From Macrostomum lignano (Eukaryota), in contig NIVC01000623.1 of NCBI GenBank assembly GCA_002269645.1, positions 62,001-126,000 on the forward strand: a stretch of DNA of 64,000 bases, written 5' to 3'. Below are positions 23,401 to 35,174 of the stretch, in pieces. The position numbers and the translations under genes are program-made. Under the pieces are notes generated by a model. The model did no database searches, had not been told where the DNA came from, and saw nothing but the letters and a program-made list of their open reading frames with translations. The first letter of the stretch is position 1. Each line of letters opens with the position of its first letter.

Positions 23401-26400
23401 TCTGTAGTGCTGAATTAGAATTCTGTATCGCTGAATTAGGATTTTGTAGCTTAAAAGTTGGCTTTGATTCTTGATGTGAAATTGATTAAAGCAATAGGAA
23501 TGAACCAATGGTTAATTCACCTTCGCAGATGCCTGGATCTCGGTTGCCTAGACGAAGAGGCTAGCTTGGCGCCCTTATTTCAAAGCGAACGCTTCCAAGC
23601 TGTCAAAATGATTCGCCAATTGACTACCTCTGGCGGCGGCCGAGTCCCAGCTAGTCTTGTTCAGCCTCTGCTCTCCATCTGTCGCCACGCTGACAGAGAG
23701 GAGCGTCGCGATCAACTGATGAAGGTTGGTATCGATAATATAACATAAGGTTTATGAGTCGCTGCTTGCCAGGGAAATTTGACTTAATTTGTTGTACTGA
23801 CTGGGACTGATCCACTAATCATACATGCGCAACAGTCGGCCGAGTCGGCCGACCGGTTTGGCGGCCAACCAAGGAAGTCGCAAAAATGCCCACCCGAAAA
23901 AAAACCCAAGTAGTCGTACTAAGTAGCTGACGAGGCATTTTGGCTTAATAAGACAGTCATAGTTACTCCTGTCGTTTAGTTGCGTTAATTTTGCTTTAGG
24001 TTTTTTACATGTAAGTCGCATTTCTGGCCAAAAACTACGTCGCATTTTTGTTAAAACTAAGTCGCACGGCCGACCGAATTTTGAAGGTTGTGCATGTATG
24101 CCACTAATCCATTGCGCAAATCCACTGTTACTAGGATAGGATTTTATATTGCATGTTAAAAAAATTTCCAGACCGCTCTCTATCTGCTGGCTGAGCTTGG
24201 CGCGCTGAACCCGTCCCAGCTTGCCGGCAGCGGAGCTCTCAAAACTGTACTGCAAGCTGTACTGGACACAAGCCTGCCGCCCAGGTGTACAGAGGCTCTT
24301 GTAGGCGTATTGGCGCACCTGTTGAATAGGCCGGATACTCGGCGCTACCTGCGACCATTGCCCGAATCGCTGCATTGCCTGCTTAGCCCGCTTACCAATC
24401 CCACCAGCTGCCGGGGTGGCGACGGCCGCCAGGCCGTGCTGTGCTTGTTCCGCACCTGGCCAGGCCTATTGTCGCTGTCGCCTCGCAGCCTGGTTGCTAT
24501 GCTATTTGTTAATAGCGAAGAAGCTCGCTCGGCGCTGGTCGACTTCTTTTTCGATTTATTCCTGGTGCCGAAACCGGCCGCCGGTGTGACGGAATTCAAT
24601 GAGGCGATCAGGTGAGTAATTTAAGTAAATAGTTTGTATGACGTCATCGGACTTCTACATCTGTAAAACTTAAGTTCACCCCTTTATCACCCATAAACTT
24701 TTCAATTCCCAAGCTGTAAAAAACTCAACCTTCGCATTCTCCAAGCTTCACAATCCCAAATTCACCATCCCTAAGCTTTACAATCCCAAGCTTCACAATT
24801 CCAAATTCACCATCCCTAAGCTTCACGATCCCCAAACTTCACAATCTCCAAGCTTCACAATTCCCAAACTTCACATTCTTCAAGCTTCACAATCCCCAAG
24901 CTTCACAATCCTCAAGCTTCACAATACCCAAGCTTCACAATCCCCAAGCTTCACAATTCTCAAGCTTCACAATTCTCAAGCTTCACAATTCCTAAGCTTC
25001 ACAATTCCTAAGCTTCACAATCTCCAAGCTTCACAATCTCCAAGCTTCACAACCCCCAAGCTTCACAATCTCCAAGCTACACAGTACCGACCTTTTTGGC
25101 TTGCTACCTAGTCACAGCAGGGTAAACTCGAACTCATCTTAATTCGCCCCACGCCCTGGGATGTTTGAGAGTGACGCTTTAGTATGTTTATTTGGCATTT
25201 GCCAGTCTTTGATATTGTTTTATCTTGTAACATTAATACTTTCATAGTTGTAAATACATATTTATTCGTATTTCAGGTGCCTAGATCCTAGCGACGATGC
25301 CTGGGACCTAACCGATGGATTTGTTGCAGCGGAAGGCAGCGATCTATTAGACTACCGGTGCCCCACTCGATTGAATCTATTAGATAATCACCTGGCTTTT
25401 CTGTTGCACCTGTTTGTACAATGCGGTCTGGCTCACGGCCTGTCCAGTTTACTGGCTGACAAATCTTCTGACCAGTTGGGCATTCGCTGCGCTTTGCTGC
25501 TTGGCGAGCTCACCCATCGGAGTCGGCTGCTGCCGGGCGCTCTGCGCTCAATCAGTGCCGCCCTTAGCGCCCCAGCTCTGCTAAGAAATCAACGCGCATT
25601 GCATTGGCTGGCAGCTGTGCAGCGCGCTCGGGAGAAACCGCCGCCGCCTAAAAATGTGCTTCTAGCAGCGCTTGTCTCTCAGGTATTGTATTTCTGCTAA
25701 ATTACTGGTAGAGTTGACAATATTGCCATGGTCCTGAGCCGCTCTGAGCCTTGGTGTGCTGCTTTATATCCTTGGTGTGCTGCTTTGGATCCTTGGTGTG
25801 CTGTTTTGGATCCTTGGTGTGCTGTTTTTTATCCTTGGTGTGCTGTTTTGGATCCTTGGTGTGCTGCTTTATATCCTTGGTGTGCTGCTTTGGATCCTTG
25901 ATGTGCTGCTTTGGATCCTTGGTGTGCTGTTTTGGATCCTTGATGTGCTGCTTTGGATCCTTTGGATCCTATGTGGAATTTTCTGGATCCTTGGCAGTTG
26001 ATTTAAAGGTCTAGTGAGTGGCACTTGGTAAACCACAAAGAAGCGTTGCTTATTCATTAAAGCATCTCGCCGTCCCATTTCAGACCAAGCCTGTCAACAC
26101 TTCCCTGCTGGCTTCCGCGTCGGCAGCTGCCTTAGCCTCCGCCTGCGCGTCTTTGGCTGCCTGTCCAGACGACCCGGACGACTGGGCATGGCCGGAGATG
26201 CTCGGCCTGGTCCGCTGCTGCCTACAAGTTGACGTCTCTACAGACGGCGGCTCAGGCGCTGGTTCTACCGTTTCCCTCGCCGCTCCTGTCGCCGCCGCCA
26301 GTCCGACTGCTCTGTCCGATTGGTTGGCGGCTGCCCGCCGTTTGTGCGCCTTCTACAGCCCGCCAACAACCGGAGCTACCGCTGCCTCATTCGTGACAAT

Positions 26401-29400
26401 GCCGCTCAGTTGGCGCCACGCTGCTGACGCTTATCTAACAGGCATTGAGCTCATTCAGCTGATGGCCAGATTGCCAGATTCCAGTGAGCTGCACAAATGT
26501 GTCATCAGCCTGGTTGCCAATCTGTCAGCTTACGTGCACAATCGGCTAATGTCTGCACCTAGCCTATTGGTTAACACGTGCGCCAGATACGCGCCAGGAC
26601 TGATTGGCGCGCTAACAGCCTCGGAGCGCGGCGAGGAAGCTTTAGAGGCGTGTAACGCCAAGCAGCTGCTGCTAGATCTCGTGTCCGACCAGGCGCATTC
26701 CTATTTTCCCAAACTGGTTAGTACAATTCTTGTTTGATCACACGTTGCAATGCTGATATTTGGGACAGAGTGTCAGGGGCAGTGTCATGGCGCTAAAATG
26801 AGTGTCAGGGGACGCTAAACCGGGTATCAGGTGTAAGTGGAGCTAAGAGCTGTACTGTGGCGCTAAAATGAGTTGTCAGGGACGCCAAAATGATTGTCAG
26901 GAAGAGCTAAAATGGTTATCAGGGGTGGAGCTAAGATGTACTCTGTGTCACCAAAATGAGTTTTCAGGGGCGCAAGAATGAGTGTCGGGGGGGGGGCGCT
27001 AAAGTGGGTATCGGGGGAGTGGAGCAAAGATCTGTACTGCAGCGCTAACATGTATGTCAGGGGGGGCGCTAAAGTGGGTATCGGGGAGTGGAGCAAAGAT
27101 CTGTACTGCAGCGCTAACATGTATGTCAGGGGGGCGCTAAACTGGGTATCGGGGGAGTGGAGCAAAGATCTGTACTGCAGCGCTAACATGTATGTCAGGG
27201 GGGGCGCTAAACTGGGTATCGGGGGAGTGGAGCAAAGATCTGTACTGCAGCGCTAACATGTATGTCAGGGGGGGCGCTAAACTGGGTATCGGGGGAGTGG
27301 AGCAAAGATCTGTACTGCAGCGCTAACATGTATGTCAGGGGGGCGCTAAACTGGGTATCGGGGGAGTGGAGCAAAGATCTGTACTGCAGCGCTAACATGT
27401 ATGTCAGGGGGGGCGCTAAACTGGGTATCGGGGAGTGGAGCAAAGATCTGTACTGCAGCGCTAACATGTATGTCAGGGGGGCGCTAAACTGGGTATCGGG
27501 GGAGTGGAGCAAAGATCTGTACTGCAGCGCTAACATGTATGTCAGGGGGGGCGCTAAACTGGGTATCGGGGGAGTGGAGCAAAGATCTGTACTGCAGCGC
27601 TAACATGTATGTCAGGGGGGGCGCTAAACTGGGTATCGGGGGAGTGGAGCAAAGATCTGTACTGCAGCGCTAACATGTATGTCAGGGGGGCGCTAAACTG
27701 GGTATCGGGGGAGTGGAGCTAAGATCTGTGCTGCGGCGCCAAAATGAGTGTCATACTGTAATCATGAGTGTCCCACTGCGCAGGTTCTGGCTAGCATAGA
27801 CTACACTAGAAATGGCGGATTCGGCCGTCTACTGCTATCTAAAGCGTTAAGCAGCGGCGACGAAGACTGCCGACTGTATGCCACCCGGTTCACGACTGTC
27901 CTGCTGCGCGCCGATATGCCGTTCTTTGCCAACTGGGGCATCGAGCTGCTTGTCAAACAGCTGTACGACACTGATCCGACCGTGTGCCAGACAGCCCTAG
28001 CCGTGCTAGAAGAGGCCTGCGAATTAGAAGTAAATAAAAATATACTAGTCCGCCTTAGACCAGCCGCTGTGCACCTTGGCGATCAAGGCGCTGTATTTAT
28101 TGCTAAACTGTGCGGCTTCAGCTTAGGCTTCCGAGTACTGCAAGAGTCCAATTGGTTTCAGCAGCATTTTGATCTTTGGTGCGACCGATTGTGCAACAGC
28201 TATCCTATGCTAGTCGAACAGACGCTGACCGAAGCGCTCACTGGCTATGAGATACCGCCGCCAGGGCAGGACTTTGTGAGGGCCTCGTCTCGGCCAAAAT
28301 CTGCGCCAAGGTAGTAGCGTAAATTAATTGCTTGCTGAAAGTTAAGCAGAACTAGTAGCGGTTAGTTCCCAGCTACACTCGTAAATAAGCTTGCGTAACT
28401 CATTCACCCTAGGGAGTTTCCACACCCAAGAACACAAATTATTTTCACGCATCCGCAGGCGCGTCCTGTTGCCAACGCATCTATTCGGTCAGCTGGCTTT
28501 ACATAAAGAGGGCTTCGATTTTTTGCGCAATCAATCGTGCGTGCGAAAATCGATCGATCTAGTCTACCAGCTGCTGCAGCCTGGCCAGAGATTCGATACT
28601 GAAGCTGAAATTATCGCTGCCAAGGCCGCAGTGTGGTCCCTTGGCCATATTGGCAGCACATCCTGGGGCCTGCCACTATTAGAACAGGAGCGAGTAGCGC
28701 CCGCACTGGCTATGCTAGCTGAACAATGTCCCGTGCTATCTGTACGCGGCGCCTGTTTCTGGTCTCTTTGCTTAGTAGCGGCTACAGAGCGTGGCTGCGA
28801 TCTGCTTGCCGACCTGGGCTGGGAGGCACTCCGCAGCAATCGCAGTCAGCTCTATCCTGTTGTACTGCCTAGGCCAGATCAGCTGTTACTGCCAGCTTCT
28901 GTTAGTCCGCCAACGACAGAATCTGTTGCGGATAGCTGGCGCCTATCGCAGGATTCAGTTATAGCCAATGGCAGTCGGACTAGCTCTGTCGGCACAGCGG
29001 ACGGTATATTAGTAAGTTTGTTTTATTGGATATTTTGAGGAGCAAGGTTTCATTCCGTGCACCTAGCTAATCACTTGGCAACCATTGTTATCTTGTCTTG
29101 ATCGCAACCCAGGGCCGGCCGCACTCTCTATCAGCTGCATCTGGCGGGCAATATCATTTGCACGTGTCTTCGGTCAAACAGCAGCACCAGACTCGAATTC
29201 ATCAAAGCAGCGATTTGGTTCGAAAAACTCGCAGCATCAGCGCTAGCGAATGCGACGGCGTCTCTATTAAAATTGTTAGCAGCGGAGAACACTCGGACGG
29301 ACTATCTGCCGATGCCCCCAGTGCCGTTGTGGTAGCAGCCGCTGCGGCCGCTGTTACTGCCGGATCTACCGCTGCTAACCAGCAGTTGGCTCTGCCCAGC

Positions 29401-30652
29401 TCAGTTTCCACCTGGACTGGCGGTACCGTTCGGGCTCTCCAACAGCAACGAGTAGCTCTGAGCCTAGCGGCCAACTCGCCGTCATTGAGCGCTCTTGACT
29501 CTGCCGCCGTCGGCAGTTCGACATTGTCTCTGACTGGCGGCCTGCGCGGCTGCGGCGGTCACAAGTCAGCTGCCGCTCTCACTAAACGATGCGGCGCCAC
29601 AGCTGGCGTGCTTTACCAATGCCTAGCCCTGCCTATCGATCCGATTCGCGTCACTCTTTGCGACTGCGGCTGCGACAACGAGTTGCCAGCAGCAGCAACA
29701 TCAGAAGCATCTGATCAAAGTTTGTCAACGCCGACTAATAATAATACGAATGGCGACGCTGCCGGTGTTGCATCAGCCTCGGCAGCTTCCGACGGCACCA
29801 GCGGCTACGCCAGCCGTTCGGACTCGAAGCCTCATCTCAACGACACCTACGGCTGCAATGGCCGGAGCGGCAGTGTCGCAGTGGACTCTACAAATGGCAG
29901 CAGCGGCTCCGGCTTGGAATTGCACACCGAAGAGTCCTGCATTGCCTGCAGTTTGTTAGCTTACCGCGGACTTCCAGTACCGCCAGCTATGGAATTATTA
30001 GCTGACTCGGCCGCCTCGGTTGCATGGATTCGCAGGGAAACAGTCCGGCTAGTTGGCCAGCTGGCCTGCCATGTCAATCAGTCGCGAAACGAGTCCGCCC
30101 TCATCCAATTGAAAGCTCGTCGGCCAGCCGCGTTCAGTCAGGACCTGTGTCTGTACTCTGAGGTGGCCCTAGTCCTGGCTAAGCATCCCTATTCTAGACG
30201 ATCGCGCGCCTTTGTCCAGGACCTATTTGCTGACTCGGCATTCGACATTGTGAGTCTCTTGATTGGGTAGTGTTTGTTTGCAGTCAGCTTTATATATTAA
30301 TTATTATTAATGAAAGCTAACTGGAACAAAAATTCCCATTTCAGCTGTACTCGATCCCAACGGCTAATTGACAGTGTTAAGGAAACCCTTTTTATATCAG
30401 ACATTTCAGAGTACAAATAACTGCTATTTTGGCTTTTATCGCTCATATAGATTTGGCCTTTATGACCCGTGAAAAAAGAAATTTTTAGTGTCTGCGCACT
30501 AACAAGCTTTACTAACTGTATTTTTATGTGTAAAGCTATAATTATTGAATAGTTTGTCAAATTTCTATAGAGCATAATATAATATTGATTATGTTATTTA
30601 CTAGGATGCTGTAAACGTGATTGTGCAATGTATAATTTATGATAATGACTGA
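17469..30652 (+). CDS. RICTOR: Rictor (mTORC2 scaffold), 12 exons, about 1435 aa: join 17469-17505, 22212-22256, 22330-22483, 22552-22683, 23529-23724, 24172-24611, 25277-25682, 26084-26716, 27784-28310, 28459-29011, 29113-30249, 30605-30652
   Basis: Rictor motifs: EVRAAGLRCIR, ERFQAVKMIRQL, HLLNRPDTRRY, WDLTDGFVAAE, SIDYTRNGGFGRLLLSK..CRLYAT..WGIELLVKQL..EEACE, LPTHLFGQL, HTEESCIAC and DLCLYSEV (C-terminal Zn site). All introns are GT-AG with consistent phases; total 4308 nt. Exons 1, 2 and 12 are inferred from splice signals and phase only. Confidence 0.92.
18124..18717. mobile_element. Non-autonomous DNA transposon (MITE), 594 bp, 18-bp TIR, 8-bp TSD
   Basis: TIR CCACACTCAGGAAGGTGT (18124-18141) and ACACCTTCCTGAGTGTGG (18700-18717); TATTTAGT on both flanks (18116-18123, 18718-18725). 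Confidence 0.9.
19512..21410 (+). mobile_element. DNA transposon, Chapaev/CMC-like (RAG1/Transib-related DDE), 1899 bp, 302-bp TIRs, 4-bp TSD
   Basis: 19512-19813 is the reverse complement of 21109-21410 with no mismatch seen; termini CACAG..CTGTG; CAGA on both flanks (19508-19511, 21411-21414). Confidence 0.9.
19835..21047 (+). CDS. Transposase catalytic core (about 403 aa once one extra A in the A7 run at 20063-20069 is removed); frameshifted as assembled and lacking an N-terminal region
   Basis: KIGIDGGGNFLKVCL (D1), DSGVKK-LLILAIVEDVRESY, LAVDMKMANALLGLQ (D2), HPCPWC, PPMELHLMLG, GGQFTGNHCSKLL, PKVHAVFEH, LGFWSEQASEAVH (E). Confidence 0.8.
22925..23448. repeat. 21-bp minisatellite (CTAAATTAGGATTCTGTAGNN), Rictor intron 4
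   Basis: Direct periodicity. Confidence 0.92.
24735..25082. repeat. 15-16-bp minisatellite (CCCAAGCTTCACAAT), Rictor intron 6
   Basis: Direct periodicity; same unit as 55545-55950. Confidence 0.92.
25750..25972. repeat. 21-bp minisatellite (CCTTGGTGTGCTGYTTTGGAT), Rictor intron 7
   Basis: Direct periodicity. Confidence 0.92.
26770..27750. repeat. 69-70-bp minisatellite, about 11 intact copies plus degenerate edges, Rictor intron 8
   Basis: AGATCT marker at 27028, 27097, 27166, 27236 and onward. Confidence 0.95.
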
Positions 30653-31037
30653 AAAGTCTTTTTTTACATTCAAAAGTTGTAATTCATCCATTCCGTGTAG
30701 AATTGTTACTAACTCATCTTTTGCAATAATTTTGAAATTTTAAAGCGCGTTGCGGGCATTCACTGAATGTTTTGACTTCGACTTATAGGGCTTAAATGTA
30801 ATCTATGGTATTAAAGGGATTGATTAAGTGCCCGCCGCGCAAAAAAGGTCATGGTACAATATTTACCATAGACAGTCTCTCTGCGGTCATGAAACCCGTT
30901 TCGTAGACCTTTGCATCGCTGAATCAATTGGCTTTTGGCCATAGACCAGTCTCAGTTTGAACCTCTGTTTCAATTCTATAGACAGACTGACAGACTGATT
31001 CTATTCTATAGAATTGGGAGCAATATCGATTAAGGGG

Positions 31038-31217
31038 CCGTATGCAGAAAGCTCTGTCTAGGGTAGTCCGGTCTTGAAAAGCTAGTCTGGACTTGGATTT
31101 GGTATGCAGAAACGCAAAGTTAGACCAGTCTACTATAGCAGAACTAGGCTAGCTAGACCATAGACTGAACTACACAAGTCCGGACTAGCTAGTCTGGACT
31201 AGGCTTTCTGCATACGG
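31038..31217. mobile_element. Small MITE with 15-bp inverted ends (PIF/Harbinger-like)
   Basis: CCGTATGCAGAAAGC (31038-31052) and GCTTTCTGCATACGG (31203-31217); internal CTAG-rich short repeats; no clear TSD. Confidence 0.6.
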
Positions 31218-32180
31218 TAAAAGATATTCTCAGAGTCAGTTTTGTCACTATTTATAATTTAAAATTGCCTACCTATTTATTTCTCCCATTTGTATAAGAA
31301 AAACGTTTTTGTAACAAAAAATTTATTCCGATTGAGCCATAGTCTGTTTAGTGGTGTGCTGTAAGACGAATTAATCAAATGTTCCCAGCATTGATTTCCT
31401 TTATTGTGCGTTTTTTTGCTAAATATGTCTGGAAGGTTTTACCTGTGATACAGCAGCCACCAAAGACTGTTATTTACCCTCGTAATTGTGTAAAATTTAT
31501 TTATTAGCCAAATATCCTACTGGCTAAAATTGCCAGTTTTGCTAATTCACTTTCAAAACGCACACACATTGCATTACTGTTGAGTAGTGTCGCTTCTTAG
31601 GCATTAGAATTTGCTGGTAGTGTAATTTTAAAGTGCACTTCATTGCGCATCATGATTTGTGTTAATAAATTGTAACAAAGAGAGATAATTGGTTATTTAT
31701 TGTGTTCGCCTTTCACTAAAGTTGTCGAGATTTTATTTGCTTTCTAATTAGTTCACTAATAACCTCAAGTTTAGTAATAGTCGAAAAGATGACAATAGTT
31801 TCTGAAGTTTATTACTTCATATACCAATCTCTACGCTTCATATTTTTTTGCCTCAAACCACGAACTCGCTCTTTCTCTCTGTCCTTTACAGTCACGAAAC
31901 ATTTATAAATCTTTCGCTAGTCTGTCGTACATTTCTTTGTATTTCATTTTTATCATATATAACTGCATGAGCTTCAACATCAACTCCATAATCCCTAGGC
32001 TGGTTCATTAACAATATCAGAACTACTTTTATTAGTTTATATCACTTAGAATTTCTACCACGGTATCTAAGAAATGAGCACACTATCCAAAAGTTGAGGT
32101 TAAAGTATCGCACTTTGAGCTACTTAATAAGTAGTAGCATGTGCATTTATTGCCGCCTATCCAACAAATTTCAGCCCAGA

Positions 32181-32711
32181 ATGACCGAGGCCAAAGACAA
32201 GACAAATGTGATGCGGGACATCCGCATTGCTAAGCTTTGCCTAAACATCTGCGTTGGCGAGTCTGGAGACAGACTGACCAGGGCCGCCAAAGTGCTGGAG
32301 CAGCTCACCAACCAGCAGCCGGTGTACAGCAAAGCACGGCTCACCGTCCGCTCGTTCGCCATCAGGCGCAACGAACGAATCGCTGTCCACTGCACCGTTC
32401 GCGGAGACAAAGCGAAGGACATCCTGGAGCGAGGCCTGAAAGTAAAGGAATATGAACTGCCCAGGTCCTGCTTCGCTGCGAATGGAAACTTTGGCTTCGG
32501 AATCAATGAGCACATTGACCTCGGCATCAAGTACGATCCCAGTATCGGCATCTTTGGCATGGATTACTACGTTGTGCTGCAGCGCACCGGTAACCGGGTG
32601 CAGTACCGGCGTCGCAAGCGAAACCGCGTCGGCCCCAAGCAGCACATCGCTCGCGAGGAGGCCATCAAGTGGTTCCAAACCACCTATGACGGCGTCATCA
32701 TGAACCGCTGA
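32181..32711 (+). CDS. RPL11: 60S ribosomal protein L11 (uL5), copy 1, intronless CDS, 176 aa
   Basis: [53 protein letters not shown]. Confidence 0.97.
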   Translation: MTEAKDKTNVMRDIRIAKLCLNICVGESGDRLTRAAKVLEQLTNQQPVYSKARLTVRSFAIRRNERIAVHCTVRGDKAKDILERGLKVKEYELPRSCFAANGNFGFGINEHIDLGIKYDPSIGIFGMDYYVVLQRTGNRVQYRRRKRNRVGPKQHIAREEAIKWFQTTYDGVIMNR

Positions 32712-33492
32712 TTGATTGGTGACGGACTTTGTCTGAACTGTAGTCCTTCTGGTTTGAGGTTTTGCACTGTGTTTCGATATCAGTGTAGAAATAGTGGAGC
32801 TAATAAAAAGGTTTTTTAGAGAGATTAAACGCGCAGTAAAAAGTCTGACATTCAGAAGTTCTTTTCTGAAAGGAGGACAATCTCAGAGTGACTCGCTTTA
32901 ATAATAATAACTAAGAGAGACAATGATGGGCGCACAGAACGGGAGGGTACGGTGCTAGAAGAGTGCTGGCGCGCAGCGCAGTCAAGAGAAAAATCGATAT
33001 GAGCATGAAGCATGCAACAAGCCTCCATCTCAGAGTCGGAATTCCAAAGCACTCATTTATTGACCTGTTCGAAAATAAAATTGGGCTGAAGACTGCTAGA
33101 ATTTGGCCCTTTATGGGCTTTTGCGTCGCTAGTTGCTTTGTTTCTATTGCTTTGAGTTTAGCACTTGGCCATTGTGCGGTTCCAGACTAATTGCAAATGT
33201 CAGCGTCATTATGTTTATGAGCCGCCAATAATTTGAGAAGAGATTTTGTCCGCATCTAACTGTAATTGCGAGCGGAATAAAACTGTACTCACTCGTGCTA
33301 ACTGCTGGAATTTTGGCCTTTTTTCGGGTTCAGAGATTATTTGACATCCTAATTTGGAATTCGATACTCTCTGTTCGGCTTTTGTGTTTCAAGTTGTTTT
33401 CTTTCCATTGCCTTAAGTTTTGGAGCATTATTTTAAACAATTAATCAACCGTCTTTATTCCCTATCACTGCTCTATCAGGTGTACCATACAC

Positions 33493-33648
33493 GCGCAACC
33501 TTGGGAATCACCCGGCCGTTTCTATTGGCAACACACACATGTAAGTCGCTATTGGCTGAGAGCAGTCACGTGACTACTATTCTGTCCAATAGCGACTTAC
33601 GTGTGTGTGTTGCCAATAGAAACGGCCGGGTGAATCCCTAGGTTGCGC
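33493..33648. promoter_or_regulatory. 156-bp foldback element (63-bp arms, 60/63 match) with four CCAAT boxes and a central palindromic E-box
   Basis: Arms 33493-33555 and 33586-33648; AGTCACGTGACT at 33564-33575. The regulatory role is inferred. Confidence 0.6.
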
Positions 33649-33796
33649 CCAAGCATGAGGTGTACCCAAATCTCTCTGCCAATAGATCTTCCAATAAGTC
33701 ACTGCCATGCAATAGAACTGGCGGACTTTGAGATACCCAACAAGTAGTATCATATGCACTTAATGCCTCTTCCTATCCAACAAATTTCAGCCCAGA

Positions 33797-34327
33797 ATGA
33801 CCGAGGCCAAAGACAAGACAAATGTGATGCGGGACATCCGCATTGCTAAGCTTTGCCTAAACATCTGCGTTGGCGAGTCTGGAGACAGACTGACCAGGGC
33901 CGCCAAAGTGCTGGAGCAGCTCACCAACCAGCAGCCGGTGTACAGCAAAGCACGGCTCACCGTCCGCTCGTTCGCCATCAGGCGCAACGAACGAATCGCT
34001 GTCCATTGCACCGTTCGAGGAGACAAAGCGAAGGACATCCTGGAGCGAGGCCTGAAAGTAAAGGAATATGAACTGCCCAGGTCCTGCTTCGCTGCGAATG
34101 GAAACTTTGGCTTCGGAATCAATGAGCACATTGACCTCGGCATCAAGTACGATCCCAGTATCGGAATCTTTGGCATGGATTACTACGTTGTGCTGCAGCG
34201 CACCGGTAACCGGGTGCAGTACCGGCGTCGCAAGCAAAACCGCGTCGGCCCCAAGCAGCACATCGCTCGCGAGGAGGCCATCAAGTGGTTCCAAACCACC
34301 TATGACGGCGTCATCATGAACCGCTGA
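33797..34327 (+). CDS. RPL11: 60S ribosomal protein L11 (uL5), copy 2, intronless CDS, 176 aa
   Basis: Four nt differences from copy 1 by eye (three synonymous, one R to Q). Confidence 0.97.
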   Translation: MTEAKDKTNVMRDIRIAKLCLNICVGESGDRLTRAAKVLEQLTNQQPVYSKARLTVRSFAIRRNERIAVHCTVRGDKAKDILERGLKVKEYELPRSCFAANGNFGFGINEHIDLGIKYDPSIGIFGMDYYVVLQRTGNRVQYRRRKQNRVGPKQHIAREEAIKWFQTTYDGVIMNR

Positions 34328-34535
34328 TTGATTGATGACAGACTGACTGAACGTTAGCCACTGCGGCCCCTTTGGTTTGAGGCTTCGTGCTGTTTGTTGA
34401 CAACAAAAAGAATGATTTGTTTAGCAGCTACATTATGGAGGCTGCTTTCCTGGAATTTCACCAGTTTTGCTTTGTTACTTTTTATGGCCTCTAGGCAATA
34501 GACGGGTTAATTAGACCGCATTTGCACTAAGAGAT

Positions 34536-35000
34536 CACTGCCATCAGTGTGCCCAATCACTGCTATCAGTGTGCCCAATCACTGCCATCAGTGTGCCCAA
34601 TCACTGCTATCAGTGTGCCCAATCACTGCCATCAGTGTGCCCAATCACTGCTATCAGTGTGCCCAATCACTGCTATCAGTGTGCCCAATCACTGCCATCA
34701 GTGTGCCCAATCACTGCTATCAGTGTGCCCAATCACTACAATCAGTGTGCCCAATCACTGCCATCAGTGTGCCCAATCACTGCTATCAGTGTGCCCAATC
34801 ACTGCTATCAGTGTGCCCAATCACTGCCATCAGTGTGCCCAATCACTGCCATCAGTGTGCCCAATCACTGCTATCAGTGTGCCCAATCACTGCTATCAGT
34901 GTGCCCAATCACTGCCATCAGTGTGCCCAATCACTGCTATCAGTGTGCCCAATCACTGCCATCAGTGTGCCCAATCACTGCCATCACTTTGCCCAATCAC
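34536..35000. repeat. 22-bp minisatellite (CACTGCTATCAGTGTGCCCAAT), about 20 copies
   Basis: Direct periodicity. Confidence 0.95.
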
Positions 35001-35174
35001 TATACTCAATCAGTGTGTCAAATAACTCTGCCTTGATAACCCTCAAATCTTAGACAAATCCAGTTGTATTATCATTAAAAAGACAGTATTTTGAATTCAT
35101 TATTGATACAAGCGCCAATGCACTATAATGTGCATGCTGTAATCTTCATCAACGTAGTATAATTACAATTAATA

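Noticed and set aside
26990-27740. Regularly spaced repeats resembling a CRISPR array (also 3570-4278 and 7268-7859)
   Set aside because: Units are contiguous with no unique spacers, the context is eukaryotic and intronic, and there are no cas genes
32094-32180. TTG-initiated N-terminal extension of RPL11 (and of RPL27 at 44864)
   Set aside because: Absent from the sister copy, crosses a splice acceptor and has no homology; the ATGs at 32181 and 44963 match the family start
32171-34319. Antisense and alternative-frame ORFs over RPL11, RPL27, UBE2C and OSCP1
   Set aside because: Shadow ORFs expected from GC-rich codon usage; no recognisable motifs
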